Source: a virus
DNA length: 64,000 nucleotides
Virus record (IMG/VR): IMGVR_UViG_3300020420_000721
Location: 22,040 to 86,039 of that record
Reading direction: 5' to 3' (one strand)
Part shown: piece after piece, positions 49,713 through 59,330 of the stretch
Layout of the letters: each line of letters opens with the position of its first letter
How positions within the stretch are numbered: the first letter of the stretch is position 1
The notes under the pieces: generated by a model
What the model was told of the DNA's origin: nothing
The model's database searches: none
Seen by the model: the letters and a program-made list of their open reading frames with translations, nothing else
Program-made: the position numbers and the translations under genes

Positions 49713-51363
49713 CTGCTCCTCCTTGGTCTTCTCCTCCACCTGTAATAGGTGAATCATCTCCAGTTGTATTTATTTCATCGTCACCAATATCGGCATCATC
49801 TCCGCCTACATCAGTGGGTTCGAAACTGGAAATATCGCTGTCACGAACACCTACCGATCCTAATTCATTTTTAGCATCAGGCGCCATAGCACCTTCTTTT
49901 CGGTTTTCATCACGCCATAAACGTTCGTTATCAGCTAGTTCATCCTCAGTAAGTCCTAAATACTTCTTAAGGATAAATCTTCTACTTAGGTAATCAACAC
50001 CTTCTATATTGCCGAATACCTGTACCTTTTGTGCTTCTACTTCAAGCTCTTTATATTTACTGAACGATTGTGGAATCGTAAATTGTAAATCAAATAAATT
50101 ACTTGGAATATTAACACCTCTATTTTTAAGGAATAATTTAAATTCAGTATCTAATGTTTGTTGTAACATCATTTGTAGACGTTCACAGTATTTAGAAAAT
50201 CTAAATTCTTGAATTAAGGCTGTGCCTAGTCTACCATCATTAAATGTTTGTTGTCCATCGTCTGCCGCATTTGGTAGATAAGAGCTTGGTACTCTTAATC
50301 CACGCATCAACTTATTATTAAAATATCTAAGGTCATCAATTTCACCTAAGTTGCTACCGCCAGGTAACACATCAACTTTAGAGCCACGCCCTTCTGCTGA
50401 CTGTGCAAAGAAATAATCTTCCATAATAGAAAGTGGATTGTAACTTGCGTCCATGACGTTTGCTCCACCACCTGTTTTATTTGGAATACGAGTTTGATGT
50501 ACTTCGTTTTTAACACGTTCAACCATTGCCATTGCTTTATGTGCCGGCATATTACCTACATCAATATAGAACACTCTACGTTCAGGTGCTCTTTGTACTC
50601 TGTATATAATGATTGAATCTTCAAGCATTTCTTTCTGCTTGTATACTTTAAAAACACTTTCAAGAATTGAACTACCAAACGGCCAACCTTCGTTCATACC
50701 ATCTGATAATGTAATGTGTACAATATGTTTTGAATCTACTGCAAATTCTACATTCTGACTATAACCAGCCTGCCAAGTACCAGCACCTCTTCCTGCTGTA
50801 TATCCTTGATTTGCTGTTACTGAAGTGTTTTGTATTTTTCTAGTATCTACTGTAACTAGATCTTGTAAATTTAATGAAACGTTTTTAAGAATATATTGGT
50901 CAATACTTTTACCAGTTGACTCATTAATAATTGCTTTAGTTACGTCCTGTGGTTGAACCCATAATAGTTTCCATGTTTCTGGATCCCTAATAAAAAACTG
51001 ATCTCCATATTTTATTGTTGCACGGAAAATACCAAACAGTCTATTTTCAAACTCGTTAATATTACACCATTGTTGCAATGATGTTTCTAATGCATTTACT
51101 TCTGACTCTGTCGCTTCGTCTTTATAGTTAACGACAAACGGAAGTCCTGTTTCAGGATGCTCTTGTGTAGAAAATTCAGCGATCGTATCTAAAGATGCGT
51201 TTACTTCACTATCCTGATCCATTGCATCATATTGTCCATATCTTTCGACACGGTTCGGAGTACCGGAATATACTTCGGGTAACCAACTTTGCCATTTATT
51301 AGCTCTAGAACGTGCTCCGCCTAGATCCAAGTTTGACTTTGTAAAATGTTTTTTCCAACTCAT
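49702..51363 (-). CDS. Portal protein (T4 gp20-like)
   Basis: EDSIIIYRVQRAPERRVFYIDVGNMP, EDYFF, LPGG.NLG and LRVPSS. Confidence 0.96.
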   Translation of the reverse strand: MSWKKHFTKSNLDLGGARSRANKWQSWLPEVYSGTPNRVERYGQYDAMDQDSEVNASLDTIAEFSTQEHPETGLPFVVNYKDEATESEVNALETSLQQWCNINEFENRLFGIFRATIKYGDQFFIRDPETWKLLWVQPQDVTKAIINESTGKSIDQYILKNVSLNLQDLVTVDTRKIQNTSVTANQGYTAGRGAGTWQAGYSQNVEFAVDSKHIVHITLSDGMNEGWPFGSSILESVFKVYKQKEMLEDSIIIYRVQRAPERRVFYIDVGNMPAHKAMAMVERVKNEVHQTRIPNKTGGGANVMDASYNPLSIMEDYFFAQSAEGRGSKVDVLPGGSNLGEIDDLRYFNNKLMRGLRVPSSYLPNAADDGQQTFNDGRLGTALIQEFRFSKYCERLQMMLQQTLDTEFKLFLKNRGVNIPSNLFDLQFTIPQSFSKYKELEVEAQKVQVFGNIEGVDYLSRRFILKKYLGLTEDELADNERLWRDENRKEGAMAPDAKNELGSVGVRDSDISSFEPTDVGGDDADIGDDEINTTGDDSPITGGGEDQGGADEI

Positions 51364-51399
51364 ATGTTAAAGGATCCTATTTAATAATATATGTATTTA

Positions 51400-54111
51400 T
51401 TAAGAGTTCTGATTTTTGACTCCTGCATCTCTGACAAACGTTCTCGAAACGTGTTCAAATAATGTTTTTAGCTGTTTATTCAGCTCAAGTGTGTTTTCAC
51501 GACTTGAAAGAAGTGAATCTACTGTTTCATTCATTTCATTATACACATTATCGAGTACTTTGTCAACACCTGAATTTCCTGTACCAACCTCCGGAACAGT
51601 GATAGCACCAGTCTGAGTATTAGGAATCTGCGTATTATTCATGTCTAAAATAGGTGCTGTTGTTCCCATAGGAGCAGATTCTGGCATAATTACTGAGTTT
51701 TCTTGCTGTGGAGTTAGTGTATTATTAAATGTATTGGGTGCTACTCCTCCCATTTTATCTGCTATTTTCTTTAGAATATTCTGTGTAATAAGTAGACCAG
51801 CCTTCTGCATAACATCAGAAGCATTGTTTAAATCTGTTTGAATTTGCTGATTTAAATTACCAAATAGAGCATTTACATCTTCTAATGCTTGTGAAGTCTC
51901 TCCTTCTGGAAACATAGCATTCTTTAGCTGATCGAAATTCATTTGTTTCTCAATAGCTTCTCTATTTGTTTTAGCTAATGTATTAGTTGCTAGGTCTGAG
52001 AACTGTTTAATAAAGTCATCATAGTTTAATTTAAAAGCATCAACCTTTAAATCATTTACTGATGGAAGTATAAACTCTGGAAGATCCTCAAATTTAGTAT
52101 CTTTAAATCCTCCTGCTACAGGAACATTAATTGGTTTTTCAACATTTAACATCTGCGACATTATATTATTTGGAATAATTGTACCGTCTTTATTGGGAAC
52201 ATAAAGTTCTGGACCTGCTTCACCAACAATATATGGTTTCTGTCCTGTTACAGGACCACCAGTTTCTTTTGGTTCTGCCTTCATAATTAATTCGTCTGCA
52301 CCTACAAAAGATTCACCGTCATATTCAAATTCTTGTAAAGCTCTTTTTGCTGATTCATCTGCAACCTGTGACATAACATCTCTATCAAACTCTGCCGCCG
52401 CATCATCATAACCTAAATATCCAAAAGATATAGTATGTAAAATTTTATTGAAACTTTTAATCATTGAACTTAATCCATCTGCAAAGTTCAATGCATATTG
52501 AGCTAGTTTATCCATACCCATTACAAGTCCTGCTAAACCAGCACCAAATGATTTTCTTAGTTCTTCAATATTATTTGCTAATGCGTTGGCCGCACCTAGT
52601 TGTTGTAAATTCTTTTTTGTTTCTTCTTTTTGTACTGCTAGATTTTGTTCTGATAAATTTGTCTCACCAGCTATACTATTATTATATGCTTCTACACCAA
52701 CAGATATTTGTTTTGCTATTTGGTTAAACTCACCTGCTTGTCCTTGTATACCTACGTTAAAGGCTTTGATTTGATCTGTATTAAGTCCAGCAAACATATC
52801 ATTAATGGCACTTGCACTAATCTCAGTTCCATTTTCTATATCACTCATTAACTTCATAAAGCCTTCACCAAATAAGTTTTGATATTGTGTAAAGACTGCG
52901 TCACCCATCTCTGTTCGAAGTGCCGCTTGAATGTTTAATGATTCATTTTTACCAGCCGCAATAAATGCAGTTGCAATACCGTCCGTCATAGTTTTTAATT
53001 GACCTGCAAACTCTGGTGCTTTATCAGATAATACTTTTGATGCGTTATCTAACTGTAACATTAGACTTGTAAACTGCTCACCTACTCCTCTATCGTCAGC
53101 AATATCTTTAGCAAATCCTCTTTCAGGAGTAGCCATATTCTGTAGGTATTCCTGCATCATTTCTGTTGCACTTCTACCAGTTAATGTTGATAGTGTGTTA
53201 ACATTCATTCTTAAGAATCTATATTCTTTAGAAAGCTCTTTAGCATTTTCGCCAATTGATAGCATATCATAACCTGACATACGTTTATATTCTAAGAATA
53301 CCATAGACTCTTTATTCAAGTCCATAATGTTAAGACCAAAGTTACCTACATCATCTGTAGTTTTATCAACTTGATCTAAAAATTTTATTACATTCATTGA
53401 TCCAGAAGCAACAGATTTTCCAGCACTTGCAAAGGTAGGTCCGAACTCTGTCATTAGTCCTGCTACTTCTTTTAAGTTCATACTAGCATCAGCTACCATA
53501 CTTCTGAAACTGTTTAGATCTATATCAACTTCTTGTAATCCAAAACCAAGATCAATAAATCCTTTACTTGCTTCTGCATAATCTTTATATACCGCAGTTA
53601 AGAAACCAGCATATGCCGCAAGAGCATCTGTTGCTATATTAGCCGCCACTCCAAGTGGTCCTGCAAATCTTGAAAGTTTTCCTATAAATGCTGATCCGGT
53701 TTTAAATACTCCGGGTAGATATTTCTCTGTTAGATCTTTTCCATATTTCGCAACAGGCTTTCCTAAATCTTTTAAAGGTTCAACTGATCTTTTGACAAAG
53801 TCAATTGGATTGCTTGATTGAAACATTCTATTGAAATCACCAGAAGTTTTCTTAAATTGTGATCTAGCATTTTTGTATTTGTCGTCTTCTTTTTTCTTTT
53901 GTTTCTTTCCTAAATCATCAACACGTTTTGCTGTCTCTTTTACAAATAGCTCAAAATCACCATCAAACTTTTTAATTTCGTCTGCAAATGTTTTAGTTAC
54001 TTTATGTTCAGCACGAGCATACCTTAACAGGTTCTCCATTGTTGATTCTGAAGCCCACTCTGGTACCTGTATTGTTTGATCACCTATTTTAAGTTCAACA
54101 GTTTTATTCAT
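51400..54111 (-). CDS. Tape measure-like protein A
   Basis: Long helical protein with GGPV..PYIVGEAGPELYVP..GTIIPN motif typical of tape measure proteins. Confidence 0.65.
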   Translation of the reverse strand: MNKTVELKIGDQTIQVPEWASESTMENLLRYARAEHKVTKTFADEIKKFDGDFELFVKETAKRVDDLGKKQKKKEDDKYKNARSQFKKTSGDFNRMFQSSNPIDFVKRSVEPLKDLGKPVAKYGKDLTEKYLPGVFKTGSAFIGKLSRFAGPLGVAANIATDALAAYAGFLTAVYKDYAEASKGFIDLGFGLQEVDIDLNSFRSMVADASMNLKEVAGLMTEFGPTFASAGKSVASGSMNVIKFLDQVDKTTDDVGNFGLNIMDLNKESMVFLEYKRMSGYDMLSIGENAKELSKEYRFLRMNVNTLSTLTGRSATEMMQEYLQNMATPERGFAKDIADDRGVGEQFTSLMLQLDNASKVLSDKAPEFAGQLKTMTDGIATAFIAAGKNESLNIQAALRTEMGDAVFTQYQNLFGEGFMKLMSDIENGTEISASAINDMFAGLNTDQIKAFNVGIQGQAGEFNQIAKQISVGVEAYNNSIAGETNLSEQNLAVQKEETKKNLQQLGAANALANNIEELRKSFGAGLAGLVMGMDKLAQYALNFADGLSSMIKSFNKILHTISFGYLGYDDAAAEFDRDVMSQVADESAKRALQEFEYDGESFVGADELIMKAEPKETGGPVTGQKPYIVGEAGPELYVPNKDGTIIPNNIMSQMLNVEKPINVPVAGGFKDTKFEDLPEFILPSVNDLKVDAFKLNYDDFIKQFSDLATNTLAKTNREAIEKQMNFDQLKNAMFPEGETSQALEDVNALFGNLNQQIQTDLNNASDVMQKAGLLITQNILKKIADKMGGVAPNTFNNTLTPQQENSVIMPESAPMGTTAPILDMNNTQIPNTQTGAITVPEVGTGNSGVDKVLDNVYNEMNETVDSLLSSRENTLELNKQLKTLFEHVSRTFVRDAGVKNQNS

Positions 54112-54112
54112 A

Positions 54113-57100
54113 TTAATTTCCTGCTACTGGTTCAGGTGCTCCTGTAAACCCTTGCTCAATTTTTAACCTTTCAACTTCTTTATTCATAGATTCTAACATC
54201 TCTTGTATTTGTACTTCTACTATTTTTAATTTTTCTTTTGTAACTCTTCTTTCTTCACCCTGTACTTCTGGATCAGCTAAATTCTCTAGATATTCCTTTT
54301 GATCCTCTTGCATATCATTATATCTAGTAAGTTGTGCTTTAAGTAGTTCCATATCCTTACCAGCACCAAATAATCTGCCAAACACATTACTATCATTGTC
54401 ATCTGCAAATGATTCAAATATACCTATACTACTATTTAACTGATTTAAATTCTCTAATTGTTGTTGATATCCACTAACATCTACAGTACTTGATTTAAGC
54501 TGTTCTACAATAGTTCTTCTAGCCATTAGTAGTCTTCCTATAGTCTGATTGTTCTGATTTATGACTTCTTTGGCTCCGCCCTTTCTGCCATATCCAGTAT
54601 CTTCACTCTGCATTAAAAGACTATTATGCTTATTATACGCCGCGATTAAACCATCTATATTATCTAGTCCTTGTTGTGTTAATGCGAATTGCTGATTGGG
54701 ATTTAAATTTTTCAACTCTTCTGGAAGTAAAGCATCATCTGATGTTGATATATCCATAAAGTATGATGAATCTTTTATAGCTTCAGGATTAATATCAAAT
54801 ACATTACCACCAAGTGTTGCTGAAACATTTTGTAATGAATTCATACTTTGTGATACTGCTTGAATAGTAAACAATTTACCCATACTTCCTTGTCCACTCA
54901 TTGATGCATTGCTTAACAACACATCCATTCCCATTCCTTCTCTGGTATAGAAATCATATATATTAAAATTACTACCTGTTTTTTGAAAATACTCTTTAAG
55001 ACTTTCCTGTAGTTTTGATAGTTTAGGGTGGTTGTAATTACTTAATTTTCCTATATTGTTCTCTAACTGTCTAGCCATACTTGAGCTTAATTGAATAGTA
55101 TCATCATTAAGTGCCTTTTGTATAGAACTATCAATATCAATATCTGAAATAATTGTTGCTAGTTCAGACCATTGTGTAACTAGACTTTTATAAACTGCAT
55201 TAAGTCTTACTTTCTCATCTGCATCTGCTGAACCATAATCTCTTCTTACATCTGCTAACATATTATACATTTCAAATTCTTTACGTAATACAGCATTCAT
55301 TCTGTTAATATCATATAATGCTTTATCTAATGAATTTAATCCGCCGCCTACGTCTGCTGAAGATGTCATAATGTCCTGTTCATAAACAATCGGCTTACCG
55401 TCTTTACTCATTGTAACTCTAAACTTTCTATTATTTTTTAGACTATCATAATTACTTGATGTAAATTTAGATGTACTTAAAGAATCATTAACTGCTGTCT
55501 TACCAGAGACAATCATCTTGCCATCTATCTTTTTAAATTCAATACCAGTACCATCAGCCGCTACTGCTATGTCTCCTGTTTTACTTGTTTTAACAGATGC
55601 TTCAAGATTAGCTGAATCAACTTGACTATTGATCTTTTTAACTGCACTGTCAAAGTCTGGACTTTCTGCTAGTCCAAATAAGAAGTTTGCTATCCTTGCA
55701 AATATTTCACTTAATCTAAATGTAACTGTGAATGCGTTGGCAAAATCACCTTTCATCTGTCTAATTCTATCTGCCGCATCAATAGCATTATCAAAACCAT
55801 CTACTCTTTTGTTAATTGTTTTAAATGACTCTTCTGTTAGATTCATTAAATCTGTTAAGTCGGAATCTTTAATACTCATCATTCCAAACGCAAACTGTCT
55901 GAATGGTGACATTGCTGGTCCTATATCAATAACTCCTGCTCCAGCATCAGTTGAAATAAACGATCTAATATCTTTAATTACTTTTGCTGTTTGTTTCATG
56001 GTGTCTAATCCTCCTTGTGGATTAGCAAGAATATCTTCCATAATACCTAGCAAACCATCTGAATTGTTTGTATTAAATTGTTCTAATACAACACGAACAT
56101 CTGCTGGTAATTCGTCAAGTTGTAATTCACGTCTACTGTTTGCTATAGCATTTAACAACGCCTTATCTATCTGATCTAACATTCCTGGATCTAATCCTGG
56201 TATTTGTTTTAGCATCATTAAAAATGCATCATAAGAATTACGTTGGTTTACAACCTCATTGTTACCATATTCATCTACTCTGTTAAAGATACTTTGTTGA
56301 AATGCAAATAACGCATCAACATCATTTAATCGTTTTGCTCTTTCTTCTTCTAATGCTGAAACTTGATCACCAAATGTTCCTGATAATGCAAATATAATAT
56401 TTCTACTATCCTTGAATGCATTAAACGTTGCTACTCTACCCATACTATCCAGTTGGTTAATACCATTAATCTTGTTTAACAAATCTGCTTCTTGTGCCAA
56501 TGCATGAGCAAATTGATCTAAGTCTTTACCAAAATCACCAAACCCAGTTTGTTTTTCAATAAAGTTTGCTCTAGCTAAGAATGACTGAAATGCCATTTGT
56601 CCTTCTGTTACATTATTGGATAATCCAGCGAAAGTATAATTAAATTCTGATGTGGCTTTCATATATGCATCCAGACTTCCCATCTGACTATTTGCTGTAC
56701 GTTTTAATTGATCTAATGTTTTAAGTATTTCAGGACCTGAAGTGGCACCCATATCTGTAAAGGTATTCAACTGCTTACCATGACCTAATATCATTCTAAC
56801 AGTAGCCGCCAAAGCTGTAAGTCCTATTGTACCTGCATTTAGATATCTACCTGCAAATCCAATAGCCTTACCAAATCCTCTGGTAATTTTATTGCCACTG
56901 CCCATCATATCTTGTGATAATTCAGCCGCCGCGGCTTTTATTTCTCTATTTCTTTCAAATGTATCTACTGCTTCATTAGCACTGAAAGGTTTAGTTGTTG
57001 ATGTTAGAGTTTCGAAAAAGTCATCCTTTAATCCTTTTAGTCCTTTTGTATCAGCTTTAAAGGCTTTTTCAACCTCTTTGGATACTTTGTCAAAGGACTT

Positions 57101-57268
57101 CTGCATCTCTTCTTTGTTAGCATCTGGACCTTTAGCCATCTCTCTTAATACTGTAGCCAGTGAAGCACTCAAAATAGTACTGTCTTTTCTGAGTTCTGAT
57201 AATGATTGTATCTGTGCTTCAGTTGCCCAGGGGTATTTTTGGAGTATTTGATCGATTTCTTCTTGCAT
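54113..57268 (-). CDS. Tape measure-like protein B (paralog)
   Basis: Long helical protein sharing N-terminal W-A-x-E and G-x-F-G motifs with protein A. Confidence 0.55.
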   Translation of the reverse strand: MQEEIDQILQKYPWATEAQIQSLSELRKDSTILSASLATVLREMAKGPDANKEEMQKSFDKVSKEVEKAFKADTKGLKGLKDDFFETLTSTTKPFSANEAVDTFERNREIKAAAAELSQDMMGSGNKITRGFGKAIGFAGRYLNAGTIGLTALAATVRMILGHGKQLNTFTDMGATSGPEILKTLDQLKRTANSQMGSLDAYMKATSEFNYTFAGLSNNVTEGQMAFQSFLARANFIEKQTGFGDFGKDLDQFAHALAQEADLLNKINGINQLDSMGRVATFNAFKDSRNIIFALSGTFGDQVSALEEERAKRLNDVDALFAFQQSIFNRVDEYGNNEVVNQRNSYDAFLMMLKQIPGLDPGMLDQIDKALLNAIANSRRELQLDELPADVRVVLEQFNTNNSDGLLGIMEDILANPQGGLDTMKQTAKVIKDIRSFISTDAGAGVIDIGPAMSPFRQFAFGMMSIKDSDLTDLMNLTEESFKTINKRVDGFDNAIDAADRIRQMKGDFANAFTVTFRLSEIFARIANFLFGLAESPDFDSAVKKINSQVDSANLEASVKTSKTGDIAVAADGTGIEFKKIDGKMIVSGKTAVNDSLSTSKFTSSNYDSLKNNRKFRVTMSKDGKPIVYEQDIMTSSADVGGGLNSLDKALYDINRMNAVLRKEFEMYNMLADVRRDYGSADADEKVRLNAVYKSLVTQWSELATIISDIDIDSSIQKALNDDTIQLSSSMARQLENNIGKLSNYNHPKLSKLQESLKEYFQKTGSNFNIYDFYTREGMGMDVLLSNASMSGQGSMGKLFTIQAVSQSMNSLQNVSATLGGNVFDINPEAIKDSSYFMDISTSDDALLPEELKNLNPNQQFALTQQGLDNIDGLIAAYNKHNSLLMQSEDTGYGRKGGAKEVINQNNQTIGRLLMARRTIVEQLKSSTVDVSGYQQQLENLNQLNSSIGIFESFADDNDSNVFGRLFGAGKDMELLKAQLTRYNDMQEDQKEYLENLADPEVQGEERRVTKEKLKIVEVQIQEMLESMNKEVERLKIEQGFTGAPEPVAGN

Positions 57269-57344
57269 AAATTAACTACTATTTTAATAGATAAATAAGA
57301 TAGACTACTGTCATATTAGTAGTATTTATTCGGAGAAAAACACA

Positions 57345-58178
57345 ATGTCAAACCCTTTACTAAAAGAGTATAGAAAACCAAGTGCCTATGTTGCACTGCC
57401 TTCTGATGGCAAGTGGTATTCAGAAAAACTGCGTTTAAGTGTTGATAATGAACTAGCTGTCTATCCTATGACTGCTAGAGATGAACTTATTATGAAAACT
57501 CCTGACGCTTTATTCAATGGTGAGGCAACCAGAGCTTTATTGCAGAGTTGTACACCAGATATACCAAATCCAGATGAAGTACCGGCTTGTGATCTTCCAG
57601 TTATCGTTGTCGCAATTAGACAAGCATCCTATGGCGATGAAATTGATTTTGACGTAACTTGCCCTTCATGTAAGCACGTTAACATGGTTAAGATCATGGC
57701 TAGTGGACTATTGGCTAACGCCAAAAAGAATACAGAAGATCCTGTAGTTAAAATATCAGGAGATTTTCGTGTTAAGGTTAGACCTTATAACGTAAAAGAC
57801 AGAACACTATTAGCGATTGAGCAAGTTAAACAGCAAAGAATGTTACAGGATATCGTTAAGCAAAGTGAAAAAGATGATGAGAAAAATGCAGAAAACTTTG
57901 GCAAAACATTTGTTGAAGTTGCTGATCTAACTGTAAAACTAATTGCCGGAGCAATCGAAAGTGTTGCTACACCGGACGGAGCAGAAATCGACAATCGAGA
58001 AAACATCCTAGAATGGCTTCAAAACATTACAAAAAAAGACTACGATCTTATTACAGCTAAGATGGAAAAGTTAAGCGATAGTGGCATTAGAAACGAACAC
58101 GACGCTAAATGCCAAGAATGTTCACATGAGTGGAAAACTAAAGTGGACATCGACGCCGCAAATTTTTTCGGAGGCTGA
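57345..58178 (+). CDS. Baseplate hub/tail assembly chaperone (gp26-like)
   Basis: LPSDG, PMTARDE, IRQASYG, CPSC and CQEC; ends NFFGG. Confidence 0.8.
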   Translation: MSNPLLKEYRKPSAYVALPSDGKWYSEKLRLSVDNELAVYPMTARDELIMKTPDALFNGEATRALLQSCTPDIPNPDEVPACDLPVIVVAIRQASYGDEIDFDVTCPSCKHVNMVKIMASGLLANAKKNTEDPVVKISGDFRVKVRPYNVKDRTLLAIEQVKQQRMLQDIVKQSEKDDEKNAENFGKTFVEVADLTVKLIAGAIESVATPDGAEIDNRENILEWLQNITKKDYDLITAKMEKLSDSGIRNEHDAKCQECSHEWKTKVDIDAANFFGG

Positions 58179-58408
58179 TAGCCGTCAGTCAGCCTGAAGA
58201 GATAACCAAGATCGTCCAACGATATGACAAGGATCGGGGCAGTGCAGAAGATTTATATTTAGATATTATCTTAAATGCTGGAGGTGCGATTAATTACCAG
58301 GAAATAATGACTATGCCTGTTGATGCAATCAACCGACTTGTTATACGTATGAATGAAAAAACTGAAAAACAGAATCAGGCTATGAAGGCCGCACAGCGAA
58401 AACGCTAA
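58160..58408 (+). CDS. gp51-like extension reached by -1 frameshift (not in the ORF track)
   Basis: The -1 frame is open from the slippery A_AAT_TTT_TTC to TAA at 58406-58408 and encodes ..GGAINYQEIMTMP..; no early ATG. Confidence 0.75.
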   Translation, partial: KFFRRLIAVSQPEEITKIVQRYDKDRGSAEDLYLDIILNAGGAINYQEIMTMPVDAINRLVIRMNEKTEKQNQAMKAAQRKR

Positions 58409-58437
58409 ACAATTTGAGCGAAGCTCAAGAAAAATTT

Positions 58438-58920
58438 TTAAGATTTATCCTCACCAGTAATTAGTTTATAATAATCTATAGGCCAAGAGTTATAGTAATC
58501 AGTAGTTTTTAACCACTTTCTTTTTTCAAGTATATCAGATTTTATTTGGATAAACACACAATCAGTAAAATTTTTTGCAAACGCACCAGAGCTCCTAGTA
58601 CTAGTAAAACATAATAAGTTAGGATGCTCTTTCATAATCTTTTCAGTAATTTTTTCTACACCAGATACATCATCTAAATCACCAAGCCACGCAATACCTA
58701 TTTCTTTATCTTTCGGATCAAACGTTAATAGTGATTCTTCAATATTATCTCTAGCATCTATAAATTGGATTTTGTCTGTTAGCCTTGCTTTACGTGCAAA
58801 AGGACATATGGGAAAGCCATCGATCTTTTTAGATTCAATAACTTCTTCTGTCCATTTTAAAAACTTTTCACTAAACTGGTTAAAATTCATTTGTCTTTCT
58901 ATTAAGGGGAGCGTACTCAT
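58438..58920 (-). CDS. Hypothetical protein with CPFA motif
   Basis: 160 aa; ICPFARKAR resembles DUF1415-like proteins. Confidence 0.6.
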   Translation of the reverse strand: MSTLPLIERQMNFNQFSEKFLKWTEEVIESKKIDGFPICPFARKARLTDKIQFIDARDNIEESLLTFDPKDKEIGIAWLGDLDDVSGVEKITEKIMKEHPNLLCFTSTRSSGAFAKNFTDCVFIQIKSDILEKRKWLKTTDYYNSWPIDYYKLITGEDKS

Positions 58921-59009
58921 TGTGGTTAAAACCTATATGTTGATCTCCGATCAACTCTTCTGCGTATTACTCCGTAATACTTGAAGCTTTTTATTATAAA
59001 GTATTTATT

Positions 59010-59330
59010 CGCTTTTCAAGAGCTTTCATTCACACTGAGCCTGATTTGGCTCAGTATGCGTATTTGGAGGAAATACTTTTCCGTCGCAATCACTCACCAT
59101 GCTATAGCATACCTTACGGTGGGTAGGTTGAGCTGTCACCCTTTATATGCCGTCTTTCAACGCAGGAGTACGTATAACCTAGCATCGATTATACTTCCAT
59201 ACGAGTTACCATTGTCAGTAGAGCTCGTTCACTTTTTTAGTCATTAGCACACCAGAGTCTGAACATAAGTCATATATGTCCTCAAGGTGAGTCGAGGTTC
59301 CTCGACCAAACGTTGCCTGCTTTGCCAGTA
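59010..59330 (-). ncRNA. Candidate large structured ncRNA or origin element
   Basis: No credible ORF, raised GC, at least five stems, a long-range helix and a pseudoknot candidate; strand inferred from the flanking operon. Confidence 0.6.

Noticed and set aside
35218-56174. Many plus-strand ORFs (e.g. 48476-49180, 38449-38889, 55629-56174)
   Set aside because: Antisense shadows of Ala/Glu/Asp-rich minus-strand genes, Ser-rich, with no RBS or family motifs
58981-59247. 88-aa plus-strand ORF over the structured element
   Set aside because: TTG start without RBS and no recognisable motifs; the dense base-pairing better explains the region
59010-59330. tRNA, tmRNA, RNase P or self-splicing intron identity for the structured element
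   Set aside because: No T-loop/CCA acceptor end, no RNase P P4 signature, no intron core motifs recognised, and the flanking genes are uninterrupted
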